Assembly: GCA_965552135.1 (NCBI GenBank)
Contig: CBEVQY010000005.1
Location: forward strand, 21,391-85,390
DNA length: 64,000 bases
DNA from: an uncultured bacterium
GTDB lineage: Bacteria > UBP14 > UBA6098 > B30-G16
Direction of reading: 5' to 3'
Part shown: positions 28,748 to 38,652 of the stretch, one piece after another
Layout of the letters: each line of letters begins with the position of its first letter
How positions within the stretch are numbered: the stretch's first letter is position 1
The notes under the pieces: generated by a model
The model's input: only the letters and a program-made list of their open reading frames with translations
What the model was told of the DNA's origin: nothing
Database searches by the model: none
Position numbers and translations under genes: made by a program

Positions 28748-30178
28748 CTACCTCACATAAACCACTTTCTCAATCATTTCCTGCCCCGCGTGTGTTTTTG
28801 CGCAGACGAGGTAAACCCCCGCCGGCAAAGACCCGTCAGGCTCCCAGACGAAACAAGACTCCGTCGCCGAAAGCCTTACGCACTCTGTGAGCCTGCCGTC
28901 GATCGTGTAGATCTTTATCTCTGCACCGGACGGCGCGGTGATAGAGCAGGACGAGTTGAACGGGTTAGGAAAAGCTCTGAGGCATGCTGCAGGCTGCCCT
29001 CGGCAGCGTTGCTCGTCGACCGTAACGGGGGCGTTGAAGATTATCATCTTCAGCGCCGTATATCGGACGCCTGTGGAGTCGTTTGAGCGTTTTATCACGC
29101 CCAACAGCGTGTCACCAACGGCGTTCCACGAGGCGTCGGCGCAGATGGTTCTAAAACCCGCAATGTACTCGGGGTGTCCGGGCTCGTTGAAGTAGGTCAG
29201 CCTCACCTTGTTCGAGCCGTCGGCGTCCATCATGTACCAGTCGGTACGAAGCGTTCTGCGCCAGTTGTCGGGATCGAACGTGTACCCAAGGCTTCTTATC
29301 CAGATTATTTTGCTTCCGTCGGGTGAGAAGTGAGCGTGTTCGTCCCAGACTGAGTCGGGCTCGGGCGTCAGGTTCACAAGCTCGCGCGTGGAGAGGTCGA
29401 TTGTGCAGATATCGCCGTATGTGTCGCGCTGCTGCGGACCGGGGTTTGCGGTGAAGATGATCTTGCTGTCGTCGGGCGAAAAGCCGTGGGTCTCGAACCA
29501 GGTCACGTACGGGTACTCCTCCGGCGTGAAGCTATCGACCGGCACAAGGGACGGCGAGCCGCCGGTTGTGTCGAACTCGGCGAGTATCATCCGCCAAAGC
29601 CCAAAGCGACCTCGCTCGCCCAGGTCGGCTAAGCCGTCTGTGCACTCGCTGTAGATGACATACCTTCCGTCGTGCGAGAAGTGCGGGTGCAAAACGCCCG
29701 TTATGGGATGGGGATCGCTCCAGTTCCGCTTTGTGCGCAGGTTCGTAAGCCGGTGGAACGATGTGTCGGCGAAGTCGACGCACCAAAGGTCGTTGCTCCA
29801 CCCTATCCCGGGCGTGCTCGTGGAGATCGTGCTGTCGACGTAGGTGACGACGTGGGAGTCGGCAGGGTCGTAGGCAGGGTCCTTCTCCGCCTGGAAGATG
29901 AGCCATCTGCCGCTGGGATGCCAGCAGGGCTGCCCGTTGTTGCGCTGAGGGATATCGCTCCTGTCGCAGGTCAAACAGTACTCAACATCGCCCGCAACGT
30001 CGCGTATCCACACGTCGTACATGCTATCCTCGCCGCAGAGGTCGAAGGCAACAAGACCCGTCTCCCAGCACCAATCAACGCGCCCTCCGGGAATCCTTAA
30101 GCTCTCTATCCCCGCAATAAGCGAATCGTTAAAGCAAAACGATACGCCGGGGAGCAAAAGCACAAGCACAAGTCCCAT
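28748..30178 (-). CDS. Secreted TolB/PD40-like beta-propeller protein with a PNPFN-type C-terminal domain
   Basis: WHPSG, FSHDG and FSPDG repeats; FPNPFNSS..IYTIDGR..LPAGVY C-terminus; signal-like N-terminus at ATG 30178. Confidence 0.8.
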   Translation of the reverse strand: MGLVLVLLLPGVSFCFNDSLIAGIESLRIPGGRVDWCWETGLVAFDLCGEDSMYDVWIRDVAGDVEYCLTCDRSDIPQRNNGQPCWHPSGRWLIFQAEKDPAYDPADSHVVTYVDSTISTSTPGIGWSNDLWCVDFADTSFHRLTNLRTKRNWSDPHPITGVLHPHFSHDGRYVIYSECTDGLADLGERGRFGLWRMILAEFDTTGGSPSLVPVDSFTPEEYPYVTWFETHGFSPDDSKIIFTANPGPQQRDTYGDICTIDLSTRELVNLTPEPDSVWDEHAHFSPDGSKIIWIRSLGYTFDPDNWRRTLRTDWYMMDADGSNKVRLTYFNEPGHPEYIAGFRTICADASWNAVGDTLLGVIKRSNDSTGVRYTALKMIIFNAPVTVDEQRCRGQPAACLRAFPNPFNSSCSITAPSGAEIKIYTIDGRLTECVRLSATESCFVWEPDGSLPAGVYLVCAKTHAGQEMIEKVVYVR

Positions 30179-30189
30179 CGTAAACCCCG

Positions 30190-32091
30190 CTATTTTACGT
30201 AGACGAGCCTTACAAGTTCCCGCCGATGTCCGTCCTTGGCGCAGACGACGTAAACCCCCGCCGGCAGCGAACCCTCGGGGCGCCAGAGGAAGCGGGACCG
30301 CGCTGGAGAAAGCCTTATGCACTCAACGAGTCTGCCCTCAAGGTCGCGGATCTCGATCTCCGCCCCGGCGAAAGCCCTTATGACGCACGAGGAGTTGAAC
30401 GGATTGGGCATAACCGAAAGTTCGGGGCGTGCGGGCTTTTGCGCCTCGAAGACAGCCGAAAAGCCCTCGTCGAGGAACCGGATGCACCGCTCCATAAGCC
30501 CTTCGAACGCGGTGTGCGTTGTGAGCTCTTCGAGCGGGAAGCCGAGGTACACCACTCTCGCCGAGCCGTCGTCCTTCGCCACGCCGGCGCCGGTGCCGTC
30601 GCCGTAGGTTATTATCTGGATGCCGCCGAAGGCGGTGGAGGGATCGATCACCTCGAACGTATCTGTGGCGGAAAGCCCTCCCGACCAGCCCGATATCGGC
30701 TCAAACCCCTCAAGCGCCGATGCGGTCGTTATCCCCGTGGTCGTGCCGCCGTACTGCGCGCCGAGAGCCATGCTGTAGAACGCAAAATCCCCCGAACAGG
30801 CGCGCCCAATGCCCGCTCCGCTGATAAGCGCGCGACCACCCATTGAGAGTATGTAGTTTCGCATCTGCGTTCGAGCGTCGCCCTCGAAGACGCCCAGAAA
30901 GCGCCTGCCAGCGTACCAGATCACCCTGCCTATCCCAAGCGACGAGAAAGGCGGCAGAGCGCCGTCGGTGGAGGTGTTCCAGTAAAATGTGACCTCGTCC
31001 CTTGCGGCGAAGAAATCGAGGTATTCTGCCGAATCTGGCTCGCCGGAGTCGTTGACGATGAGGTTGTCCAACCCGGCGCCGACGGAGAAGAATAGCGTGT
31101 CGTACCTTTCGGCGAGTGCGTCTGTGTGGACGACGACCCCAAAGCTGCAAACGCCCGGCGTGGGCGCATCGACCGTTATGGGAACGTCGTAGTCCGACAT
31201 CGAAAGAACCAAAACGTCGGTCTCCGAGTCCCCGGAGAACATGCACACGCTCCAGTCGGGGGGAAGCTCCACAGGAACTATCTGCAGGTGATAAGTGTCG
31301 TTCATAAGCCCGAGGTTCTGGATCGTGAGTGTGAACTCTGCACCTTCGCCTGCGGGGCATATAGTTTTCCGCTGCGGCGCAAGAGTTCTGAACTCGTAGT
31401 CGGGTCTACGCCAAACGGTGTCCTTGACGGCGTTGATTATCGTTGGCGGCTCAGGCGCAACAACGTACGCCACGAAGATGCACCCGTGGGGATCCCACTC
31501 CGGCTCAAGGTCGAAGGCGAAGTGGAACTCGACGGTATCGCCGTAGGCTAAGTCGAAGCGGTCGCCCAGGGCGCTTGTGTAGTACCGCTGAACGACCCAG
31601 TTGTACGTATGCCCCCCGTCGCTCAGGCTATCCACAGTAAGGACAGCCAAAAGCCTGTACTCGCCGTCGTGTCCCTCCTCCTCGAGGAAGACCCTGACCC
31701 CTATGCTGTCGAACGTGTGGTCGAACGTCTCGATGCCCAGGTAAGACTCCTCGGCTGCGTGGGAGAGCATCGCAAGTATCCAGCTGGAGTAGTCGGGGCC
31801 GTAGTCGTCGCCGTCTATGAACATGTGGGGGACGTAGCTCATGTCGTCGGTGTAGTCGGCGTAGTAGTTCCACCTCAGGTTGTTTCCGGAGATCTCCAGT
31901 CCGTCGCCCACGTGCATTCGCAGAACCACAGCCGAGTCCTCCCAGAGGACCTGGTTTTCGACGAGGAACTGAAACGCGCTGTTGCACGCTCCGCACCAGC
32001 TTGCCGTAAAAAGCTCCCCAACGGAGATCCGCGGGAACCCAGAAGCCAAGCCCACCAGTGCTAAGGCAAAAAGGAAGGACCGTCCTGCCAT
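30190..32091 (-). CDS. Secreted Omp28-like CxxC protein with an Ig-like domain and a PNPFN-type C-terminal domain
   Basis: Signal peptide, ELFTASWCGAC, VPHMFIDG, MPNPFNSS..LPAGVY. Confidence 0.78.
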   Translation of the reverse strand: MAGRSFLFALALVGLASGFPRISVGELFTASWCGACNSAFQFLVENQVLWEDSAVVLRMHVGDGLEISGNNLRWNYYADYTDDMSYVPHMFIDGDDYGPDYSSWILAMLSHAAEESYLGIETFDHTFDSIGVRVFLEEEGHDGEYRLLAVLTVDSLSDGGHTYNWVVQRYYTSALGDRFDLAYGDTVEFHFAFDLEPEWDPHGCIFVAYVVAPEPPTIINAVKDTVWRRPDYEFRTLAPQRKTICPAGEGAEFTLTIQNLGLMNDTYHLQIVPVELPPDWSVCMFSGDSETDVLVLSMSDYDVPITVDAPTPGVCSFGVVVHTDALAERYDTLFFSVGAGLDNLIVNDSGEPDSAEYLDFFAARDEVTFYWNTSTDGALPPFSSLGIGRVIWYAGRRFLGVFEGDARTQMRNYILSMGGRALISGAGIGRACSGDFAFYSMALGAQYGGTTTGITTASALEGFEPISGWSGGLSATDTFEVIDPSTAFGGIQIITYGDGTGAGVAKDDGSARVVYLGFPLEELTTHTAFEGLMERCIRFLDEGFSAVFEAQKPARPELSVMPNPFNSSCVIRAFAGAEIEIRDLEGRLVECIRLSPARSRFLWRPEGSLPAGVYVVCAKDGHRRELVRLVYVK

Positions 32092-32104
32092 CGCCAACGA
32101 CCTC

Positions 32105-32761
32105 CTACCTTACCACAAAGACCTTCTGTGCGGTGGAGCCCTTCGCGGTCTGCAGCGAAACGATGTATGCCCCGCAGGGAAGTCCTTGGGGGCGCCAGAC
32201 GCAGCTGCCCCTGCCTGCTACCCTTCGTTCGGCAACCACGTCGCCGCCAAGGTCTGTGATGCGAAGCACACCCTCCGCCAAAACGCTGTAGCGCACAGTG
32301 CACGACGACCTGACCAGAGCCGGCGAAACGGAGAGAAAAACCTCCGCGAACCGCCCACCCTCCTCGACCCCGGACTCCGTCGTGACGAGGAAGCGCAGGC
32401 TGTCGCTCCACCGCGAAACCCTCGCCGAGAAGAACACATCCATGCTCCCTGTGCCCGGCACCTCCTCGTCGGTGAAGAAGTGGACGGTGACCGTTTCGAT
32501 CTCCCCCGGGCTTACAGCCATCCATGCGTGGCTTGTGAAGCAGCTTGTGGATGTGCACGCGTTGAGGATCCAGCCCTCGGGGGCGTCGGGGTAGAGGTAG
32601 ATATCCACCGTATCCTCACATGCGCCGCCGTTTTCGACCTCGACGTAGAAGGTCACGTCATCGCCCGGCTCGACGGCGGCGCTTGTGGAGTCGCAGCGCA
32701 GGCTCAAACCAGCCTGCGCCCACAAAGCGACAAGAGGCACAAAAAAACAAAGCACCCTCAT
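32105..32761 (-). CDS. Small secreted Ig-like protein with a T9SS-like C-terminal domain
   Basis: Signal peptide, VENGG..DT..PEGW..CTSTSC, ITDLGG..LPCGAYIV. Confidence 0.7.
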   Translation of the reverse strand: MRVLCFFVPLVALWAQAGLSLRCDSTSAAVEPGDDVTFYVEVENGGACEDTVDIYLYPDAPEGWILNACTSTSCFTSHAWMAVSPGEIETVTVHFFTDEEVPGTGSMDVFFSARVSRWSDSLRFLVTTESGVEEGGRFAEVFLSVSPALVRSSCTVRYSVLAEGVLRITDLGGDVVAERRVAGRGSCVWRPQGLPCGAYIVSLQTAKGSTAQKVFVVR

Positions 32762-32773
32762 AGGCTCCCCCTT

Positions 32774-33562
32774 TCACTCCACCTTTCCTCGCGCGGCGCC
32801 GAGGACGACCCTATCGTCCCCCTGCACGAACGCCACAACCGAGTATCCGCTCGTCGCCCCGCCGGGGACCTCATCCGGAAGCTGCGCCGAGTAGTGGAAA
32901 GACGTCTCCCCGCCGGGCGGCAGGGCGCAGAACGAACCCCCAACATCGGGCAACATGACGGCTGCAACGTCGTGGAACTCCGTGATCCCGTTGCTGCCGG
33001 GCGCATCATCGAATGTCACGGTGTCCCTCACGAGTACGCAGTACAGCACAGTCGAAACCGTGCTGTCGACGCCCGAGGAAACGGTTACGGATACGTCGAC
33101 GCTCTCGCCGACGGCGGAGGCGGATATCGATATGCTAAGCGGTTTTTCCAGGGCGCGGACGGAATCCACGAACCACCAAAGGTAGTCGGGATCAGACAGT
33201 CTTTCCTGCGGGAGCTGTACGCCGTCTATGAAGAGCTGCGGGACGCCGTCGATGCCGTAGAAGCTCATCCTCGAGTCGTGGACCTCCGCGGCGGCGTCGT
33301 GGAACGGGTCGTCGGGGTAGATCATAGGGTGAAACTCGACCAAAACCGGAGCCAGCCCCTCCTGCGCAAAGGCATCGACGACGGACCCAAGGGCGTCGTG
33401 AACGTCGGCGCAGGGGATGCAGTTTACGTTCGTGAAATCCTCAACGAGGACCGAAAAATACGAAACCTGGGCGGACGTGGGCGATTCGCCCTCCTCCTTC
33501 CCGCAGCCCGAAAGCAAAACCAAAGCGAACACCACAAGCAAAAGCCTGAACCTCACGCTCAC
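32774..33562 (-). CDS. Omp28-like CxxC lipoprotein
   Basis: Lipobox LSGC, LVEDFTNVNCIPC, YGIDGVPQLFIDG, VVAFVQ; GTG start approximate. Confidence 0.8.
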   Translation of the reverse strand: MSVRFRLLLVVFALVLLSGCGKEEGESPTSAQVSYFSVLVEDFTNVNCIPCADVHDALGSVVDAFAQEGLAPVLVEFHPMIYPDDPFHDAAAEVHDSRMSFYGIDGVPQLFIDGVQLPQERLSDPDYLWWFVDSVRALEKPLSISISASAVGESVDVSVTVSSGVDSTVSTVLYCVLVRDTVTFDDAPGSNGITEFHDVAAVMLPDVGGSFCALPPGGETSFHYSAQLPDEVPGGATSGYSVVAFVQGDDRVVLGAARGKVE

Positions 33563-33578
33563 CCCCCTTTTTTGTAAC

Positions 33579-33607
33579 AGTATACGCCCTCGCCTACCCT
33601 TCCTCAA
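33579..33607 (-). promoter_or_regulatory. Putative sigma70 promoter of the Omp28-like operon
   Basis: Minus strand TTGAGG, 17-nt spacer, TATACT. Confidence 0.55.
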
Positions 33608-33709
33608 GCGAAATCGGCTCAGCCGACAAAGGTTCCTGCGTCATCTAAATTTTTTCTTGACAAACGCTGAGAAAAATGTTTTTTGAGTTGATTTGGGACC
33701 GAGGCCGCC

Positions 33710-34570
33710 ATGCTCAAACTCTCCGGCAAAAAGGTTGCCGAAAGGCTTTACGGGGAAATAATGGATTTTCTTTCTCGGTCCGACGAGTCGCCGCGGCTTC
33801 TTTCGGTTGTCATAGGCGATGACCCTGCGGCTGTCTCGTATGTGAGGGCGAAGGGACGGAAGGCGCAGGCTTTGGGTGCCGAGTTCAAGGTGCTTGAGCT
33901 TCCGGGCAATGTCGGGCAGGATGAGGCGGAGCGCGCACTGCGAAGCAAGATAAAAAGCTGGAACCCAACCGGCGTTGTCATAGAGAGACCCGTTCCGCCG
34001 CAGATAAACTTCCCAAAGCTTTCCGAGCTTATTCCGCCCGCCGCCGACGTCGACTGCCAGCGCATGGACAGCCTCGGCAGGCTTATGCTCGGCAAGCCAG
34101 CCTACATCCCAGCCACCGCGGGCGCCGTGATGGAGATACTGAAGCACTACGAAATCCAAACGTCCGGGAAGGACGTTGTTGTGATCGGCAGGAGTCTTAC
34201 GGTTGGGCTCCCGCTTTCGGTCCTCCTCGTCCAGAAGAGTGACGGCGCAAACGCAACTGTGACGATATGCCACTCAAAGACCCTTGATCTTGCAGCTCAC
34301 ACGAGGCGTGCCGACATCCTCGTCGTTGCTGCGGGCAAGCCCGGGCTTGTTACGGCGGATATGGTCCGCCGGGGCGCCGTCGTGATCGACGTGGGAACAA
34401 ACTACGTCGACGGAAAGCTTGTGGGCGATGTTGACTACGAAGGCGTTTCGGAAAAAGCCTCCGCCATAACGCCCGTGCCGGGCGGGGTAGGTCCTGTGAC
34501 AACAGCATACCTTATGTATAATCTCGTCAAGGCTCTCAGGGAAAGGAACAAAAAAGGAGAGCAAAGATGA
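33710..34570 (+). CDS. folD: Methylenetetrahydrofolate dehydrogenase/cyclohydrolase
   Basis: VIGRSLTVGLP, ATVTICHSKT, VIDVG, GDVD, TPVPGGVGPVT. Confidence 0.95.
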   Translation: MLKLSGKKVAERLYGEIMDFLSRSDESPRLLSVVIGDDPAAVSYVRAKGRKAQALGAEFKVLELPGNVGQDEAERALRSKIKSWNPTGVVIERPVPPQINFPKLSELIPPAADVDCQRMDSLGRLMLGKPAYIPATAGAVMEILKHYEIQTSGKDVVVIGRSLTVGLPLSVLLVQKSDGANATVTICHSKTLDLAAHTRRADILVVAAGKPGLVTADMVRRGAVVIDVGTNYVDGKLVGDVDYEGVSEKASAITPVPGGVGPVTTAYLMYNLVKALRERNKKGEQR

Positions 34571-35319
34571 AGATGAGCTTGGAACGCAAAATAGAGCGGT
34601 TCGACAGGAAATACAAGGACAAGGGCGGTTTCGCCAAGTTCAAGGAGATGGTTGAGAACCTCGCCACCCTCGAGGAGATAGGCAGGCACTTTGGCTTTTC
34701 GCGTCAGAACACCGCGGGGCTTTACCGCTCGTTTTTCGGCAGACCCTACAAGGAGATTCAGATCAAGCGCCGCCTCAAGCGCGAGGCGGAGATGTTCTCG
34801 CTGCCCCTCGACCTCGACAAGCTCCAAAAGAAGATGGCCGAGGAGGGCAGACACCGCACGGCGAAGAAGATCGGATACATAAAGCTCGTCAAAAAGGTTG
34901 CGGAGGATCTGGGCTACGAGGTCAAGATTTTGCGGAAGCGCAGCGGAGCGCTTGTGGTCTTCATAAACGGGCACAAGTGCGCCGTCTCCGGAACGAACAC
35001 GAAAACGATTTACCACTACCCCAAAAACCATCCGCCCAGCGTTTACTACAGGTTCGCCGTGCCGTCAAAGAAGGTTGACTTCTGCATATTCGTGATAGAG
35101 CTTGAGGACCACTACACGTTCTACGTCATCCCCTACGAGAAGATAAAGCACCTATCGCTTATAACGCTTCGCGACAGCTACGAGTGGGTTGAGGGCAAGC
35201 GCGGCATCCCGACGAGCAAATACGCCCAATATCGCAACCGCTTCGATCTTCTCAAGGAGCCCAAGGAGAACCCCGAGCTTGCCGAGCTTGAGAGGCTTGC
35301 ATCTCCCCCTGCGCCTTAA
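34567..35319 (+). CDS. Hypothetical HTH protein with a nuclease-like C-terminal region
   Basis: TLEEIGRHFGFSRQ HTH; VDFCIFV..FYVIP..SKYAQYRNRFDLL; ATGA overlap with folD. Confidence 0.7.
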   Translation: MKMSLERKIERFDRKYKDKGGFAKFKEMVENLATLEEIGRHFGFSRQNTAGLYRSFFGRPYKEIQIKRRLKREAEMFSLPLDLDKLQKKMAEEGRHRTAKKIGYIKLVKKVAEDLGYEVKILRKRSGALVVFINGHKCAVSGTNTKTIYHYPKNHPPSVYYRFAVPSKKVDFCIFVIELEDHYTFYVIPYEKIKHLSLITLRDSYEWVEGKRGIPTSKYAQYRNRFDLLKEPKENPELAELERLASPPAP

Positions 35320-35381
35320 GCTGACGCACATTTGCGTTGACACGGTACCCAGGGCGGATAAGTTGGAGTGCGATGGAGTGG

Positions 35382-36119
35382 ATGCACAGGTTCGCCCTTG
35401 TCCTTTTTTTGCTTGTTTTTTGTGGCTGCGCGGGTCGCGCCGCATCGGTCCAAGGCGGAGAGGCGGGCGACGAGGCAAAGCTGAAGCGCGCACAAGAACT
35501 CTACAGACGGCACAAGTACACCAAGGCGCTGGAGCTTCTTGAGGGACTGCGCTACTCGCCGTCCGTATGGGCGGACGACGCACATCTGCTTGCCGCAAAG
35601 ATATACATCGCGCAAAAACAGTACGGGCTTGCGATATCGGAGCTTAAGTGGCTTTTGGCGCAGTACAGCCACAGCGAGCTTGCCCCAGAGGCTTCGTTCC
35701 TCCTTGGCGAAGCTTACAGGCTCTCTGCGCCAAGACCAGAGCTCGACCAAACCAACACCGAGAAAGCCATCGAGGCGTACCGCGACTTTCTGGAGCTGTA
35801 CCCCACCTCGCCCTTCGCCGACAGCGCCCAGAAGGGCATAGAGCTTTGCCTGGACAAGCTCGCCCACAAGGAGTATCTGTCCGCGAAGCTTTATTACAGG
35901 ATGCACAAGGACTCGTCCGCCGTCGTCTACATCAGGGACCTCTGCGAGCGCTACGGCGAAAGCGCCTGGTGCTTGTGGGGCAGGTACCTTGAGGGTATGA
36001 TCCTTTTGCGCCGCGGCAGGACCGAAGAGGCAAAGGAGACATTAACAAAGCTTCTTGCCTCAGACCCGCCGCCAGAACTTGCGGAAAAGGTGAAGAGGGC
36101 GCTCAAAAAGCTTAGGTGA
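35382..36119 (+). CDS. bamD: Outer membrane assembly lipoprotein BamD
   Basis: Lipobox FCGC, TPR repeats, ELDQTNTEKA..FLELYPTS, KLAHKEY..AKLY. Confidence 0.85.
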   Translation: MHRFALVLFLLVFCGCAGRAASVQGGEAGDEAKLKRAQELYRRHKYTKALELLEGLRYSPSVWADDAHLLAAKIYIAQKQYGLAISELKWLLAQYSHSELAPEASFLLGEAYRLSAPRPELDQTNTEKAIEAYRDFLELYPTSPFADSAQKGIELCLDKLAHKEYLSAKLYYRMHKDSSAVVYIRDLCERYGESAWCLWGRYLEGMILLRRGRTEEAKETLTKLLASDPPPELAEKVKRALKKLR

Positions 36120-36124
36120 CCCCC

Positions 36125-37693
36125 CTACATCTCCATCCTTATCCCGAAGTGGACGAGCCCCTGCTTTGGGCTTCTTCCTTCGCCGAGCCCGTACGAGAGG
36201 GAGAACGCGCCTGCGCCGTAGCGGTACTCGACGCCGACGCCGTAGCCAAGCTTTAGGCTCCAGCCCGAGCCGGTCCCGTACGCCCCAAGGTCGACGAAGG
36301 GGAAGAGGTGCACCCCCCGCTTTGGCACGAGCCTCACCTCCACCGATGCGCATGCGACGCGGCAGCCCGCAAACTGCCGCTCGCGGTACCCCCGAAGCGT
36401 CCGCCAGCCCCCTATGTGCTCCCAGTCGCTTTTGGGCGGAAGAAGCGGATACAGCCATCCCGCGGCATAACCCTTTATCCAGAGCGAGATCCTCTGCGCG
36501 GGTATGGCGGCGACAAGCCTGCCCTCGCCGTGTATGCCAAGCGAGAGTTCATCCGACCTCCCCCATCTGTGGATGAGCTCGGCTGCGCACGATGCCTCGA
36601 GCATAACGCCCCTTGTGGGCAGAACGGGGTCGTTTAAGGTCGAGACCGCAAGTCCTGCGCTCGCCCCAAAGCTTTCGGCATTATCGACGGCATAGCCCGC
36701 CCGTCCGGGCACAGTGCGGCTGCAGACGATGCTAAAGCTCCCGTCGAGCGAAAACGACACCGGGAGAACGACGCCCGCGCTGTGCTCACGGCGAAGGTAT
36801 GTGCTGTCGTATATCGCCCACTCCGACGAAAGCTCAGGCGATACGTTCAAAGCCCCCACAAAGGGCTCGAGGTAGTAGACGCTTATCGTCTTCGCTCCTT
36901 CCGCGGCGCTTAGGTAGAACTTCGCCCTGCGTCCCGTTCCGGCGAGGTTGCGGGAGTTGAACTCCACGTCCCCCGAAAGTCCGCCTTCGGAATACCCCAC
37001 GACGCCCGAGATGCTCGTCGCCGGCAGGTCCCTGCACCTTACGACAAGCGTCCACGCGCCCCCGGCATCGAGGGCGGGGTAGGGCTCGCCAACAAGGGAG
37101 ACGATCCCCATCCGCCTGAGGCGAGACGCACCCCTTTCGATGTGCGATTGCCTGTAGACCGTCTTCGGTTTAAAAAGCATGCCCCACGCTATGACCCTTG
37201 GCTTCGTCCGACCTTCGACCTGCGCGGCAAGCCGTTCGAGGACGACGAAGTGTCCTTGCTCCACCACGAACCTCACGCAGACTGGTATTGCGTCGTCCGC
37301 GCTTTTCCCGCAGAGGTCAACCGCGGTGCTGCACGACGCGAAGGGATAGCCCCTGTCCTCGAGTGCGGACACGATTTCCTCCTGCTGCGCCTCCACAAGC
37401 GACCACACGAGCGTATCGCCCCTTTCGACGATGATCGCCTCGGGGGGGAGCGCGCACTGGGGCGTATCGCACGCCACCTCGACCCTCTCGACTACGGCGG
37501 GTCGTCCGAGAGTTACGAACGCCGTATCGCCGCGGACGGAGTCGACCCTCGCCTCCCAGAATCCGCTCCGCCAGAGGACATCCGGGAACGAGTCTGGGGG
37601 CATCGATTCGAACTTTGGCGGCACGCCCACCGCCGCGCCGAAAGTCTGCGAGAAGGCGGTGAAGAGGACCCAGACTGCAAAACGTCTTATCAC
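36125..37693 (-). CDS. Omp85/BamA/TamA family protein
   Basis: POTRA-like GYPFA, NLAGTG, YLEPF, GGWRTLRGY, GYGVG, C-terminal HFGI. Confidence 0.85.
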   Translation of the reverse strand: MIRRFAVWVLFTAFSQTFGAAVGVPPKFESMPPDSFPDVLWRSGFWEARVDSVRGDTAFVTLGRPAVVERVEVACDTPQCALPPEAIIVERGDTLVWSLVEAQQEEIVSALEDRGYPFASCSTAVDLCGKSADDAIPVCVRFVVEQGHFVVLERLAAQVEGRTKPRVIAWGMLFKPKTVYRQSHIERGASRLRRMGIVSLVGEPYPALDAGGAWTLVVRCRDLPATSISGVVGYSEGGLSGDVEFNSRNLAGTGRRAKFYLSAAEGAKTISVYYLEPFVGALNVSPELSSEWAIYDSTYLRREHSAGVVLPVSFSLDGSFSIVCSRTVPGRAGYAVDNAESFGASAGLAVSTLNDPVLPTRGVMLEASCAAELIHRWGRSDELSLGIHGEGRLVAAIPAQRISLWIKGYAAGWLYPLLPPKSDWEHIGGWRTLRGYRERQFAGCRVACASVEVRLVPKRGVHLFPFVDLGAYGTGSGWSLKLGYGVGVEYRYGAGAFSLSYGLGEGRSPKQGLVHFGIRMEM

Positions 37694-37754
37694 GGTCGAG
37701 CCCCAGGCGCTTTAGTTGAAGTTTAAGTCGCGGCGCTGGGGCACGCAAGACCCG

Positions 37755-38582
37755 TCAGCTGCCATCGCCCAGAGCCGAAATAAGCCTTTCGGCTATGGCG
37801 AGTATCGCCTTCGCCGACTCGGATTCCGGGTGCTCTATCACGATGGGCTTGCCCGCCTCGCCGCTCTCCATAACCGCAGGCTCCAAGGGGATCCTTCCCA
37901 GGAACGGTATGCCCAGCTCCGATGCGGCTTTCTCGCCGCCGCCGAACTTGAATATGTCGGTCCTCTTTCCGCAGTGCGGGCACACAAAGCCGCTCATGTT
38001 CTCCACAACGCCCAAGACCTTTACGCCGAGCGCCTGGGAGAATCGGACCGTTTTGCGCGCATCCAAAAGCGCCACCTCTTGCGGCGTCGTCACGATGACG
38101 GAGCCGTTCAGGTCGGGCAGAAGCTGGCAGACCGAGAGGGGCTCATCGCCTGTGCCGGGCGGGGAATCGATGACGAGCCAGTCGAGCTCGCCCCAGTTTA
38201 TGTCGCCCAGAAACTGCTTTATCGCCTTCATCTTCAAAGGTCCTCGCCAGATGACGGGCTGATCAGGGTTCTCCAGAAGCGAAGCCATCGTTATGACCTT
38301 CACACCGTCCTTCACGACGGGGTTAACCGACTGGTCGGGACCGATGGTGAGCGGCATCCCCTCTATCCCCGTCATGCGACCAAGGGATGGTCCGTGGATG
38401 TCGATGTCCAAAAGACCGGCGCTTTGACCGAACTTCTGGAAAGCATAAGCCAAATTGACCGCAATCGTGCTTTTGCCAACTCCGCCCTTGCCCGAGATGA
38501 TCAGTATCTTTCTCTTTATCTTCCCCATGCGCTCCTTTATTTTGCGCTCCTCCTCGCTCTGCCCAGGAAGTGTCTTCCCCAT
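37755..38582 (-). CDS. apbC: Mrp/ApbC (NBP35-family) Fe-S cluster carrier ATPase
   Basis: SGKGGVGKST, DIHGPS, WRGP, DSPPGTGD, VENMS..CPHC. Confidence 0.93.
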   Translation of the reverse strand: MGKTLPGQSEEERKIKERMGKIKRKILIISGKGGVGKSTIAVNLAYAFQKFGQSAGLLDIDIHGPSLGRMTGIEGMPLTIGPDQSVNPVVKDGVKVITMASLLENPDQPVIWRGPLKMKAIKQFLGDINWGELDWLVIDSPPGTGDEPLSVCQLLPDLNGSVIVTTPQEVALLDARKTVRFSQALGVKVLGVVENMSGFVCPHCGKRTDIFKFGGGEKAASELGIPFLGRIPLEPAVMESGEAGKPIVIEHPESESAKAILAIAERLISALGDGS

Positions 38583-38652
38583 CGGTTACCTCCTCCGTTT
38601 TGGGCATATGCTCAAATAAATCTACCGACCGAGCCGTCAAAGGCAAGCCGTT

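Larger units (their letters stand above)
26406..28750. other. AT-rich, probably horizontally acquired island
   Basis: Abrupt visible drop in GC relative to both flanks; three overlapping minus-strand genes; boundaries approximate. Confidence 0.8.

Noticed and set aside
31982..33577. 531-aa plus-strand ORF (similar long shadows at 57661-59223, 51172-52527 and 41307-42326)
   Set aside because: Antisense to well-supported genes in high-GC DNA; no recognisable domains
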